64,000 bases of DNA from Enterobacteria phage vB_EcoM_IME281, in the sequence record MH051913. One strand, given 5' to 3'. The position numbers were made by a program, and so were the translations under genes. The notes beneath the pieces are model-generated. The model was not told where the DNA came from and ran no database searches. It saw only the letters and a list, made by a program, of their open reading frames with translations. Of the stretch, positions 43,678-52,267 are shown in pieces. The first letter of the stretch is position 1. Each line of letters begins with the position of its first letter.

Positions 43678-43902
43678 ATGACTGATATTAATGAATTAGA
43701 AAAAGCGGCACTTGAACTGGCTGCACTGTATAAGAAAGTAAAAGATATGGCTTCTGCTCAGGATTTTGGTGTTGAGCTCGACGATTATGACGGTGAAGTT
43801 CGTCTCGAAGATTGGCTGAATAGTTCTTGTTATGGTGAAGAAGCTGGTCGTACCTTCGTTGCTCGTGCCGATGGTAAAATCTGGTACCCAAGCTCATGCT
43901 AA
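43678..43902 (+). CDS. Array member 5: small acidic protein ending …IWYPSSC
   Basis: Start at MTDINEL (the ORF-track upstream start lies in another gene); 74 aa. Confidence 0.5.
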   Translation: MTDINELEKAALELAALYKKVKDMASAQDFGVELDDYDGEVRLEDWLNSSCYGEEAGRTFVARADGKIWYPSSC

Positions 43903-44123
43903 AATTGAAAAAACGATACATTCGTAAAATAAATGGTCTTCGCGATTATGCCAAAGGTTGGCCACTAAGTATTATTATGGCTGATAGACACCCACGTTAT
44001 AATACTGAGATGACTTATTACAAAAAGTACGATTCATATTGTCGGTCTAAAGCGGGTCGTTTAGATGGTTCTTATGAGGACTATTTTGGTAAAAAACCTA
44101 CTCGTGTTTCGTTAGGAAAATAA
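43896..44123 (+). CDS. Small basic hypothetical protein
   Basis: 75 aa ORF. Confidence 0.4.
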   Translation: MLKLKKRYIRKINGLRDYAKGWPLSIIMADRHPRYNTEMTYYKKYDSYCRSKAGRLDGSYEDYFGKKPTRVSLGK

Positions 44124-44153
44124 TTTAACCACATGGATGTGATAGGAGGACTT

Positions 44154-44483
44154 ATGCATAAAGATTCAGTATTCAAATATCTTTTGAAAACAGATAAAGA
44201 ATTCTATATGAATGGGCAAGCTTTCTTGTTCGTTCGTGGTAAACGTGAGATGTTTTACAAATGCGACCTCTCAATGCACCATCATATGTATCACACCCAT
44301 GGCGAGCCTATACTGGGGTTCTCTGGTGACGAAACTAGACGTATAGCTATGTACTACGACCATTTTAAGCTCAATGATTGTGGTGACAACGCTTTGGTCT
44401 GGAATCCATCTTGGCGTCGTTGGGATACGGTAGACAACGATAAATTATTTTTAGAATATTGCAGAAGTGATGTACAGCTCTAA
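44154..44483 (+). CDS. Hypothetical His-rich protein
   Basis: AGGAGG SD; 109 aa. Confidence 0.45.
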   Translation: MHKDSVFKYLLKTDKEFYMNGQAFLFVRGKREMFYKCDLSMHHHMYHTHGEPILGFSGDETRRIAMYYDHFKLNDCGDNALVWNPSWRRWDTVDNDKLFLEYCRSDVQL

Positions 44484-44526
44484 AAATACGTGTTACTATT
44501 ACCCTACACAAACATGAGGAGAACAT

Positions 44527-44766
44527 ATGTGGTATTACGCTCCGATGTCCGATAAGTCTAATGAACCGGTACGCATTACTCGTGCCAAGTTTAAAAAGAT
44601 TTATGGCTTTGCTTATAAGAAGTCTGATTACGGTGTTCGTTTTGAAGATGCTCACTGTATCAATGATCCTTATGCAGAAGAAATCTCTAATGAGATAATT
44701 CCTATCGTTGAGAGTAATTCCAATGATATGTGGGAATTACATAATACTTACGTTGCCGAAATTTAA
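44527..44766 (+). CDS. Hypothetical protein
   Basis: 79 aa; GAGGAG SD. Confidence 0.45.
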   Translation: MWYYAPMSDKSNEPVRITRAKFKKIYGFAYKKSDYGVRFEDAHCINDPYAEEISNEIIPIVESNSNDMWELHNTYVAEI

Positions 44767-44785
44767 GTTTACTGAGGAAAATATT

Positions 44786-45745
44786 ATGATGCTAGTTATT
44801 GGTTCTCGTGCACTGCACCACGCAGGTCTGATTGAAAATAAGTATATCGAAAATTCTGATTGGGATTTCATTGCCGACCAAGGCTCATGGAACCACTTTA
44901 AAGCTCGGATGTTCGGCGCCCATGTACACGTTGACAATCCTGATGTTCAGGCTTTCAAATGTATGCATAATGGTAAAGAAACCTATTTCGAAGCTTATAT
45001 CGTCCGTGCCCTGACTAATGTACGAGAAATTACCGGTGAGCTCCAAGATGAAGACTACACCTCAAGCTATCGTCTCCTGAAATATGCTGAAAATCATATT
45101 AAAAAGGACCGTCTTACAGGTTTCTATTGGGCGACGCCTGATATCTGTCTGGCTATCAAAACCTCTCATCGTTTCCTGAAGAATAATCCGTTCTTCTTGA
45201 AAACTATGTCCCACATCAAATACCTTCGTAATAAAGGTATCACCCTGAATGAAGAACTCCGGGAAATTATGCTGCAACGTCAAAAAGAAACGTTGAGCTA
45301 TTCCCATCCTAAATTGGATGTAAACAAATCATCGTTCTTTAATGATACCATTTATACGCTAGACCATGACTCCATCCATGAAGCAGTAGCATTGGCAGGG
45401 CGTCCTGCATATACCTTTTATATGAAGGAAGGTTCTGAAGTCATGACCTCTCGTGAGAAGTTCGAGGCTTTGCCTGAAGCTATTAAATTGGCTGGTGTGT
45501 ATGAAGAAACTTGTGTCCTGGCACTAGAACGTTCACAGGTTCCTAATGACTTCAATATTTCACCATCATTAAGTTTCTATATGGCTCTTGAGAAAGTGTG
45601 TACCTCAATCACTTCAGGTTGGTTCCGTGAGTACGCCTGGGAAAACTACCAAGCTGTGGTTAATATGTACAAGACTTTAGGTGAAAACGACTACATCAAA
45701 CGATTCCAAGACAACCATCATTTAATTCGTCCTTTCGAAAAATAA
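44786..45745 (+). CDS. Hypothetical protein, possible nucleotidyltransferase fold
   Basis: 319 aa; N-terminal LVIGSRALHHAG…SDWDF resembles a G[SG]…D-x-D motif with a long spacer. Confidence 0.4.
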   Translation: MMLVIGSRALHHAGLIENKYIENSDWDFIADQGSWNHFKARMFGAHVHVDNPDVQAFKCMHNGKETYFEAYIVRALTNVREITGELQDEDYTSSYRLLKYAENHIKKDRLTGFYWATPDICLAIKTSHRFLKNNPFFLKTMSHIKYLRNKGITLNEELREIMLQRQKETLSYSHPKLDVNKSSFFNDTIYTLDHDSIHEAVALAGRPAYTFYMKEGSEVMTSREKFEALPEAIKLAGVYEETCVLALERSQVPNDFNISPSLSFYMALEKVCTSITSGWFREYAWENYQAVVNMYKTLGENDYIKRFQDNHHLIRPFEK

Positions 45746-45757
45746 TTGCACAAAACA

Positions 45758-45799
45758 GTGTACAAGGTCTATAGGTGTGATACTATAGACCTATCAAAA
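45758..45799 (+). promoter_or_regulatory. PeSL-like early promoter cassette (GTGTAC -35 variant)
   Basis: gtgtacaaggtctataggtgtgatactatagacctatcaa; stem ggtctatag/ctatagacc. Confidence 0.55.
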
Positions 45800-45823
45800 C
45801 AACAGAGTGAAATGGAGAATAAA

Positions 45824-46039
45824 ATGAAACTTTCTAACCAAGCAATCAACATGTTAAACGAAGTTCGTGCAGCTGGTGCTAAATGCCTGATGGTTAACAC
45901 TCGTGACGGTGACCTTCGTCAAGCATTTGGTGAATTGAAATCTGCTGACCTGGTTAAATGTTCAGTTGGTATTGGTAACGCACTTCGTGTATCCTTATCC
46001 CCTAAAGGTAAAATGTACTTTTCAACAAAAAGTAAGTGA
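45824..46039 (+). CDS. Small hypothetical protein
   Basis: GGAG SD; 71 aa. Confidence 0.45.
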   Translation: MKLSNQAINMLNEVRAAGAKCLMVNTRDGDLRQAFGELKSADLVKCSVGIGNALRVSLSPKGKMYFSTKSK

Positions 46040-46049
46040 GGAAAATATT

Positions 46050-46739
46050 ATGAACGGCCCGAAAACTTTTAATTCTCAAGCTCGTGCAGTCGGTGGTTTT
46101 GCTCAAGATATCAGTAATGATATGATTAAAAATGAGCCTATGTTCTTTAATTGTGATGCTTATTTTGCTCATAAACACGGCGGTCCTATTACTCGTAGCT
46201 TTATTGAAAACCTGCCTGAAGATTGGCAATGTGGCCCTGATATTGTATTTGATTCCCGTGTACACATGTTAATGCCTGGCTGGTACCCTGCAATTCCAGG
46301 CTTCCACCATGATGATGTACCACGCCCGGATATTCCGGTCGGTCAACACTTTATTACCGCAGGGCAACCTGATTATGATAATCCTCGTTACCATTCTGAA
46401 CATATTCTTGGTCTTGTTAACGCTGATGTGTGTCCTACCCATTTTGCAACCGGAACTGCACAGTTCAGTCGGATTCCTGAAGGCGAACTTATCTATCGCC
46501 AGTGGCATAAAGAAGTTCTGGAAAAAATTGAGTCCAATGAATTAACCAAGTGGGATGCTCCTGACCGCACGTTACTCCAGTTTGATTGGCAGACATGGCA
46601 TACAGGTTCTCGTGCAGTAAGTAATGGGTGGCGCTGGTTTGGTCGTGTGTCTCGTAATACAGACCGTGTTAAAAAGATTACAAATGAAATCCGCGTTAAT
46701 GCTCAAGTATATCTGGAATTCCCTATGGAGGGCTGGTAA
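46050..46739 (+). CDS. Hypothetical protein with His/Asp clusters (possible metal-dependent enzyme)
   Basis: 229 aa; FHHDD…HSEH. Confidence 0.45.
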   Translation: MNGPKTFNSQARAVGGFAQDISNDMIKNEPMFFNCDAYFAHKHGGPITRSFIENLPEDWQCGPDIVFDSRVHMLMPGWYPAIPGFHHDDVPRPDIPVGQHFITAGQPDYDNPRYHSEHILGLVNADVCPTHFATGTAQFSRIPEGELIYRQWHKEVLEKIESNELTKWDAPDRTLLQFDWQTWHTGSRAVSNGWRWFGRVSRNTDRVKKITNEIRVNAQVYLEFPMEGW

Positions 46740-47326
46740 TGGCCCTTTATGAACCTGGTTGTATGGGTATTGATACAAACTTCATCCGTCGGTCGGAAAA
46801 TGCTGGAATTATTATCCCAAGTGGTGAGACTATGATTATTAAAAAGTCCTGGCGAAATATAGATGACGGTGATGAAGGAATTTCAGCCAGTACAATAGAT
46901 TGGTCAGGTTGTACTGCCGAAATGAAACAGCTTTTAATTGAGGAATATAAAATGGGCTATATCGTAAACGGCTGGCAAGCGGAACCACATAAAGAACAGA
47001 CTCCAGACCCATTGATTTGTTATAGCAAAAAATACGGCTTCCGTGCATGGAGTGATGAATACGACAAATTGGTGAGTTCTAGATTCTATGTTTGGATGGG
47101 TATATTATTTTTCCCACTCCTAGGGTTTTTCCTGACAACAGATAATGACCTGCCTATTTGTGTATTCGCTTCAGCGATGTCTGCTGCTATCTTAGGTCTT
47201 ATCGCATCATTTTTATGGACATCGGTTATCGAAGTACCTTTTCGTATTTCTAAAGTTAAAAAGGTATATGATGATATCACTAAGAAAAATACATTAAACT
47301 CTTTTATTAAGGAATGTCGTAAATGA
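46739..47326 (+). CDS. Membrane protein with C-terminal …FIKECRK motif
   Basis: 195 aa; two C-terminal hydrophobic helices. Confidence 0.5.
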   Translation: MALYEPGCMGIDTNFIRRSENAGIIIPSGETMIIKKSWRNIDDGDEGISASTIDWSGCTAEMKQLLIEEYKMGYIVNGWQAEPHKEQTPDPLICYSKKYGFRAWSDEYDKLVSSRFYVWMGILFFPLLGFFLTTDNDLPICVFASAMSAAILGLIASFLWTSVIEVPFRISKVKKVYDDITKKNTLNSFIKECRK

Positions 47327-47559
47327 GCATTGCAATTTATATTAAATCTGAGTCATGTGATTCATATCTATATTCCTATGATACCGGAACATCAGAAGAG
47401 AAAATTAAAGAAGACTTAGAAAGCGATATGGATATGTTCTGTCCTATTGGTGACTATATGCTTCAAGTGTCTGATAGTGAAAGTCCATCATCAGAAAATA
47501 GACTTCAAATTATTATGCAAGATATTTTTAAACAATCATGGGAACGAGACGATGGGTAA
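47323..47559 (+). CDS. Small acidic hypothetical protein
   Basis: 78 aa; ATGA coupling. Confidence 0.45.
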   Translation: MSIAIYIKSESCDSYLYSYDTGTSEEKIKEDLESDMDMFCPIGDYMLQVSDSESPSSENRLQIIMQDIFKQSWERDDG

Positions 47560-48001
47560 GAAAGCTAAGGAATTATCGGCAGGTATTTTATTCATGACCG
47601 TTGATAAAGAACTGGTCATGGGCCGTGTAACAGGCTCTCGTAATCCAGAGAACATGCGTCATAAATGGGACATTCCTAAAGGTCATGTCGAACCAGGCGA
47701 AGAGCCTATTCAAGCGGCAATGCGTGAAACCGAAGAAGAGATTGGATTCACAGCATACGATCCTGCATTCCTGAAAGACCTAGGTGAGTTCAAATATTCA
47801 AGCAATAAGAATCTACATCTGTTCTTATATACAGTGCCTGTGGAACACGAGCAGTTCAAGGATTGCAAATGTACGGCTTACCATACGTTCCCTGATGGTC
47901 GTACTATTCCTGAATTCGATGCGTTCGCCTTGATTAAACGTCCGCAATGGGAATATGTCATGGGTAAGTCGATGTTTAAGGTTTTAGATTCGCTCTTTTG
48001 A
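47552..48001 (+). CDS. nudE: Nudix hydrolase
   Basis: Nudix box GHVEPGEEPIQAAMRETEEEIG; adjacent to e as in T4. Confidence 0.85.
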   Translation: MGKKAKELSAGILFMTVDKELVMGRVTGSRNPENMRHKWDIPKGHVEPGEEPIQAAMRETEEEIGFTAYDPAFLKDLGEFKYSSNKNLHLFLYTVPVEHEQFKDCKCTAYHTFPDGRTIPEFDAFALIKRPQWEYVMGKSMFKVLDSLF

Positions 48002-48031
48002 TATAAATACCTCCTATACTCAGGAGGTATT

Positions 48032-48526
48032 ATGGATATTTTTGATATGTTACGTCAAGACGAAGGTCTTGATTTAAATCTTTATAAAGACACTGAAGGT
48101 TATTGGACTATTGGTATTGGCCAGTTAGTTACCAAGAACCCATCTAAAGATGTTGCTCGTGCTGAACTTGATAAGCTTATGGGCCGAGTTTGTAATGGTC
48201 GTATTACTATGGCTGAAGCCGAACAACTCTTTAACCGATCGGTTGAAAATGCTCGTAGAGCTATTCTGCGTAATCCTAAATTGAAACCTGTTTACGATGT
48301 ATTGGACGAAGTTCGTCGTTGTGCTTTAATTAACATGGTCTTCCAAATGGGTGAAGCAGGTGTAGCAGGGTTCACTAACTCTTTACGTATGCTCCAACAG
48401 AAACGTTGGAACGATGCGGCAGTTAACCTGGCTCAATCCCGTTGGTATAAACAAACCCCTAATCGTGCTAAGCGCGTGATTTCAACATTTAAAACAGGTA
48501 CTTGGAAAGCATATGAAAACTTATAA
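48032..48526 (+). CDS. e: Endolysin (T4 lysozyme family)
   Basis: 164 aa; about 75% identical to recalled T4 lysozyme; Glu11, Asp20, Thr26 present. Confidence 0.95.
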   Translation: MDIFDMLRQDEGLDLNLYKDTEGYWTIGIGQLVTKNPSKDVARAELDKLMGRVCNGRITMAEAEQLFNRSVENARRAILRNPKLKPVYDVLDEVRRCALINMVFQMGEAGVAGFTNSLRMLQQKRWNDAAVNLAQSRWYKQTPNRAKRVISTFKTGTWKAYENL

Positions 48527-48911
48527 TGAATTTATCGCAGAGAATGTAGTTCCTGCATCTAAAGAACTTCTGGCGATGTTTGAATCAGAAGAATTCACCG
48601 AAGAACTGAACGAGAACCTGACCCAGGCCACTCCTCAGGTTATTCGCGTTCGTAATGCCCTTCAGACTGGCATGCAGGCTCGTGTATCTAAGACTATGAA
48701 GCTGGCATTCACTACTTCTAAGAACGAAGACTATGGCGATGGTATCGCTATGAACACCGGACAGTATTATGTTGAGTGGAATGGCGAAACCGGTACTGCT
48801 AAGATTCGTCAGACACGTGCCGCTGGTGGCAAAATGCTGGACGTTAAATTGAACGTTAAAGAGAAAGACGTCGCAGCTTTGTTTAAGAATTGGATGAAAA
48901 CTTACAAATAA
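48513..48911 (+). CDS. CTS-bearing protein ([13 protein letters not shown]…), candidate internal protein
   Basis: 132 aa; adjacent to e as T4 ip genes are. Confidence 0.6.
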   Translation: MKTYNEFIAENVVPASKELLAMFESEEFTEELNENLTQATPQVIRVRNALQTGMQARVSKTMKLAFTTSKNEDYGDGIAMNTGQYYVEWNGETGTAKIRQTRAAGGKMLDVKLNVKEKDVAALFKNWMKTYK

Positions 48912-48960
48912 GTTTACTTCTCCTGTAGGCATGATACTATAGACCTATCAACTACAGGAG
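48912..48960 (+). promoter_or_regulatory. PeSL-like early promoter cassette with 9-bp stem ctcctgtag/ctacaggag
   Basis: gtttacttctcctgtaggcatgatactatagacctatcaactacaggag. Confidence 0.65.
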
Positions 48961-48969
48961 ATTAAAAAA

Positions 48970-49386
48970 ATGACTCGTATCAACCTTACCTTAGTATCTG
49001 AATTGGCTGACCAACACTTAATGGCTGAATATCGTGAATTACCACGTGTTTTCGGTGCAGTTCGTAAGCATGTTGCTAACGGTAAACGTGTTCGTGATTT
49101 TAAAATCAGTCCTACTTTTATCCTTGGCACAGGCCATGTTACATTCTTTTACGATAAGCTCGAATTTTTACGTAAGCGACAAATTGAGCTTATAGCCGAA
49201 TGTTTAAAACGTGGTTTTAATATCAAGGATACTACGGTCCAGGACATTAGTGATATTCCTCAGGAATTCCGTGGTGATTATGTTCCTCACGAAGCTTCTA
49301 TCGCTATTTCACAAGCCCGTTTAGACGAAAAAATTGCACAGCGCCCTACCTGGTACAAACATTATGGTAAGGCTATTTACGCTTAA
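48970..49386 (+). CDS. denV: Endonuclease V (pyrimidine-dimer DNA glycosylase)
   Basis: 138 aa; N-terminus [28 protein letters not shown]… matches recalled T4 DenV. Confidence 0.9.
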   Translation: MTRINLTLVSELADQHLMAEYRELPRVFGAVRKHVANGKRVRDFKISPTFILGTGHVTFFYDKLEFLRKRQIELIAECLKRGFNIKDTTVQDISDIPQEFRGDYVPHEASIAISQARLDEKIAQRPTWYKHYGKAIYA

Positions 49387-49428
49387 TTAAATCCGTGATA
49401 GAATACTTCTATCAACTTAAGGAATAAT

Positions 49429-49728
49429 ATGAAAACTTATCAAGAATTTATTACAGAAGCCAAAGCCCCTAAAGCATTTCAAATTGGAGTCCAAGGCACT
49501 TTAGACCAAGAATATGTTGACGCTATTGTAGCAAGCCTCGGTAAACAAGGTGTACAAGTGGATTTGGTTGATTTTACTAAAGGCAACACTTTTAATATTG
49601 TTACATCTAAAGGCTCTTTAGCTAAAGTTAAAAAGGCCTTTGGTGTAGCCCAAGCATACGAAATCGACCACTCTGAATTAGAAAATAAAGGTCGCCAGAA
49701 TACAATTAAAGGTTCTGGTTCTTTCTAA
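49429..49728 (+). CDS. CTS-bearing protein (MKTYQEFITEAKAP…), candidate internal protein
   Basis: 99 aa. Confidence 0.6.
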   Translation: MKTYQEFITEAKAPKAFQIGVQGTLDQEYVDAIVASLGKQGVQVDLVDFTKGNTFNIVTSKGSLAKVKKAFGVAQAYEIDHSELENKGRQNTIKGSGSF

Positions 49729-49887
49729 TAAAGGCAAGCCGACCCTCTCCTCATGAACGTCGCGTCCTCTGAGTGATGGACCTTTCCCTACCTGTAATAA
49801 GGTCGAGCCCAAGTGCGGTAAAGGGTTTACATACGGATACATGGATGAATTATGTGCCAAGGAACGGCCCCTCTACTGGAAACCACT

Positions 49888-50415
49888 ATGAAATTTTTAA
49901 CTCCCATTTATCTAACCTTAATGCACGCCTTCGCTGAACGCGCCATTGAACGTTTAGACTCGGACCAATATACCTGGTACGAACCCACTTCAAGAATGCA
50001 AGAGTTTGGTACTCTTCGACTTGACGGCGGGCGTCAAACAGGTAAAACAAGTGCCCTTGCCCAGTTCGCAGCTGATTGGGTTTCCAAGGGTAATGATGTG
50101 ATTGTTATGTCAAGTTCTTCGCATCGCTCACGAGAAATCTGTAATATAATAAAAAGGGTTTCTAAGGCCCAACCGCACCTTCAAGTAGAAGGTCCTGGGT
50201 TTGTTGTATATGATACCGTGCGTTCATTTTTAGACGAAGACAACTTCCATAAGTATCGTGGTCTATCAGTTACTCGATTATTGATTATTATCGAAGAGCC
50301 AATGCGCCTTCCATCGATGGATAAGTTCTATGAAGCTTACCAGGTAATGATTAACAAATTTATGTGCCAGGGTTCTAAACCTCTGCCACTGTTCTTTGTG
50401 ATAGGAATGCAATGA
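49888..50415 (+). CDS. Small P-loop NTPase (Walker A GGRQTGKTS, Walker B LLIIIEEP); alternative start 49852
   Basis: Motifs seen in translation. Confidence 0.5.
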   Translation: MKFLTPIYLTLMHAFAERAIERLDSDQYTWYEPTSRMQEFGTLRLDGGRQTGKTSALAQFAADWVSKGNDVIVMSSSSHRSREICNIIKRVSKAQPHLQVEGPGFVVYDTVRSFLDEDNFHKYRGLSVTRLLIIIEEPMRLPSMDKFYEAYQVMINKFMCQGSKPLPLFFVIGMQ

Positions 50416-50708
50416 TGACTGATGAAGAGCTTTTTGAGTTCTGCTATTTCTCACGTAAGGTTCGAAGAGAGGACCTTACTGCAAATTTCGAATATGCTTA
50501 TTTCTATCCATTAGAGTATGTATTCATGTCAGGGCCCTTTAAGGGCTCTCGTTTTAGATGTCATGCCCCAAGCATCCGATTAATGAAACAGGTTCCTTAC
50601 TTCACTCTCGAGTTCATCTCTGGGCCGTGTAAGGGTATTATTACTCGCAGTCTCTTGACGTATGACCAAGAGATTCATATGATTTCTGACTGGAAAAAAT
50701 ATGTCTAA
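50412..50708 (+). CDS. Hypothetical protein
   Basis: 98 aa. Confidence 0.45.
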   Translation: MMTDEELFEFCYFSRKVRREDLTANFEYAYFYPLEYVFMSGPFKGSRFRCHAPSIRLMKQVPYFTLEFISGPCKGIITRSLLTYDQEIHMISDWKKYV

Positions 50709-50919
50709 ATTGACTATTGAAGGTTCTGAAGAAGTTCTGAAGATGTTTGTTGACTGGTTCCACGAGCAAGGCGAACAAGGCTTTATGGAATGTTGGGGCG
50801 GCGGCCAATGGAATGGTAAAGAAATTGTTTACCCGACCACGTATATCTCTGTTAGTGGTGGATATGATGGCCTTCGTTTTGTAGAATATGATATTGCATC
50901 TGATGAGGAAGTAAAATGA
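50701..50919 (+). CDS. Hypothetical acidic protein
   Basis: 72 aa. Confidence 0.45.
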   Translation: MSKLTIEGSEEVLKMFVDWFHEQGEQGFMECWGGGQWNGKEIVYPTTYISVSGGYDGLRFVEYDIASDEEVK

Positions 50920-51194
50920 TTGAAGATATCAAAGGTTACAAGCCGCATACCGACGATAAAATCGGTAAAGTGAATGCCATTAAAGATGCTGAAGTTCGAT
51001 TAGGCTTAATCTTTAAAGCATTAGAAGAAGAATACGTTGAAGCCTTTACATGCTCAGGTGTCGATAAAATGAGTGATGAAGAATTCGACCTCACTCATGA
51101 ACGTCTCGCCCAGATTCGTACGGCAATCGAACGCTTGAAAGAAGCATCCATGTGGGCCTGTCGTTCCGTTTTCCAACCTGAAGAAAAATACTAA
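50916..51194 (+). CDS. Hypothetical protein
   Basis: 92 aa. Confidence 0.45.
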   Translation: MIEDIKGYKPHTDDKIGKVNAIKDAEVRLGLIFKALEEEYVEAFTCSGVDKMSDEEFDLTHERLAQIRTAIERLKEASMWACRSVFQPEEKY

Positions 51195-51199
51195 AAGCA

Positions 51200-51247
51200 G
51201 TTTACATCTCCTGTAGACGTGGTACTATAGACCTATCAACTACAGGA
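51200..51247 (+). promoter_or_regulatory. PeSL-like early promoter cassette (stem ctcctgtag/ctacaggag)
   Basis: gtttacatctcctgtagacgtggtactatagacctatcaactacaggag. Confidence 0.65.
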
Positions 51248-51256
51248 GATTACAAA

Positions 51257-51715
51257 ATGTCAGAAATTAATTCAGAAGTATTCATCCGCCGCAACAAATT
51301 ACGTCGTCAGTTCGAAACCGAATTTCGTGAACTTAACGCGTCCATCAAAAAAGCCGCCATTAAGAGCGGTGTCCCAGCTTTCTTTATTAAGTACTCTAAT
51401 CACTTGTTGGACCGTGCTATCCAACGTGAAATTGACGAAAAATATGTTTTCTCTTTGTTCAAGAAGCTCCATAACCATGTTAAAGAAATCCATGAATTTT
51501 TAATCCAGGAGCCTCTTCCTGACATAGAATCTGAAATTGTCCCAGGTAAAGTGTATCGTCCACTGCGTCTCGAGATTACTGATAAAACCTTATGGTTGGG
51601 TATGACCGTAGATCGTAAACATCCTGATAAAGGATATTCATTAAAATGTCGTATGGCATTTGTTAACTCTAAACGTTTAGAAGGTAAAACCAGCACGAAA
51701 GTAATCTATCTTTAA
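51257..51715 (+). CDS. regB: RegB-like endoribonuclease
   Basis: 152 aa; EVFIRRNKLRR.FE.EFR…LLDRAIQREIDE.YVF…RLEITD…LWLG…CRMA matches recalled T4 RegB. Confidence 0.75.
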   Translation: MSEINSEVFIRRNKLRRQFETEFRELNASIKKAAIKSGVPAFFIKYSNHLLDRAIQREIDEKYVFSLFKKLHNHVKEIHEFLIQEPLPDIESEIVPGKVYRPLRLEITDKTLWLGMTVDRKHPDKGYSLKCRMAFVNSKRLEGKTSTKVIYL

Positions 51716-51727
51716 TAATGAGGTCTC

Positions 51728-52267
51728 ATGAAAAAAGTATTAGCCACTTTACTATTGACAGTTAGTATGTCTGCCTATAGCGTAGAGCCTACTTTCAGTA
51801 ATGAACAACTCGATAATTTACATTATGCGTATGCTTTCGGTGAACAATACCAAAAGTCGGGAAAGTTCAAAGAAAACCCTAATCAAAAAGGATTAGGATA
51901 TATAATGGCCGGATTATTATGGCAGGAATCATCTGCTGGAATTAATCAAGGTTTAAATAAAGATAAGCACCATGCTTATGGCATGTTCCAAAATTACTTG
52001 CCTACGTTAAGAAGTCGTGTTAAACAGGTAGGTTGGAAGATGTCAGACAAAGAAATAATCCGTATGGTCCAAAAACGACAGAACAGTGCCTCTTGGGCCT
52101 ACATTGAGCTGTCTTATTGGATTGATGTTCACAAAGGTGACCTGAGAAAAGCGATTGCTTCTTATAATGCGGGCTGGAATGTCAAAGCAGGCAGTAAATA
52201 TGCTTCCGAAGTTCTAGAAAAGGCCAATTACCTAAAATCTAAAAAGATGTTTGAGGCGGTGTATTAA
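51728..52267 (+). CDS. Secreted protein with lytic-transglycosylase-like motifs
   Basis: Signal peptide MKKVLATLLLTVSMSAYS; ES…GMFQ…AYNAG motif order. Confidence 0.5.
   Translation: MKKVLATLLLTVSMSAYSVEPTFSNEQLDNLHYAYAFGEQYQKSGKFKENPNQKGLGYIMAGLLWQESSAGINQGLNKDKHHAYGMFQNYLPTLRSRVKQVGWKMSDKEIIRMVQKRQNSASWAYIELSYWIDVHKGDLRKAIASYNAGWNVKAGSKYASEVLEKANYLKSKKMFEAVY

Noticed and set aside
43585-43902. ORF-track start at 43585 for array member 5
   Set aside because: The upstream part overlaps member 4 in another frame; ATG at 43678 has the same TAAGGTGA…ATG junction as the other array members.
44483-44526. Additional PeSL-type promoter upstream of the ORF at 44527
   Set aside because: Only a GTTACT -35-like element is present, with no recognisable -10 or conserved ACCTATCAA block.
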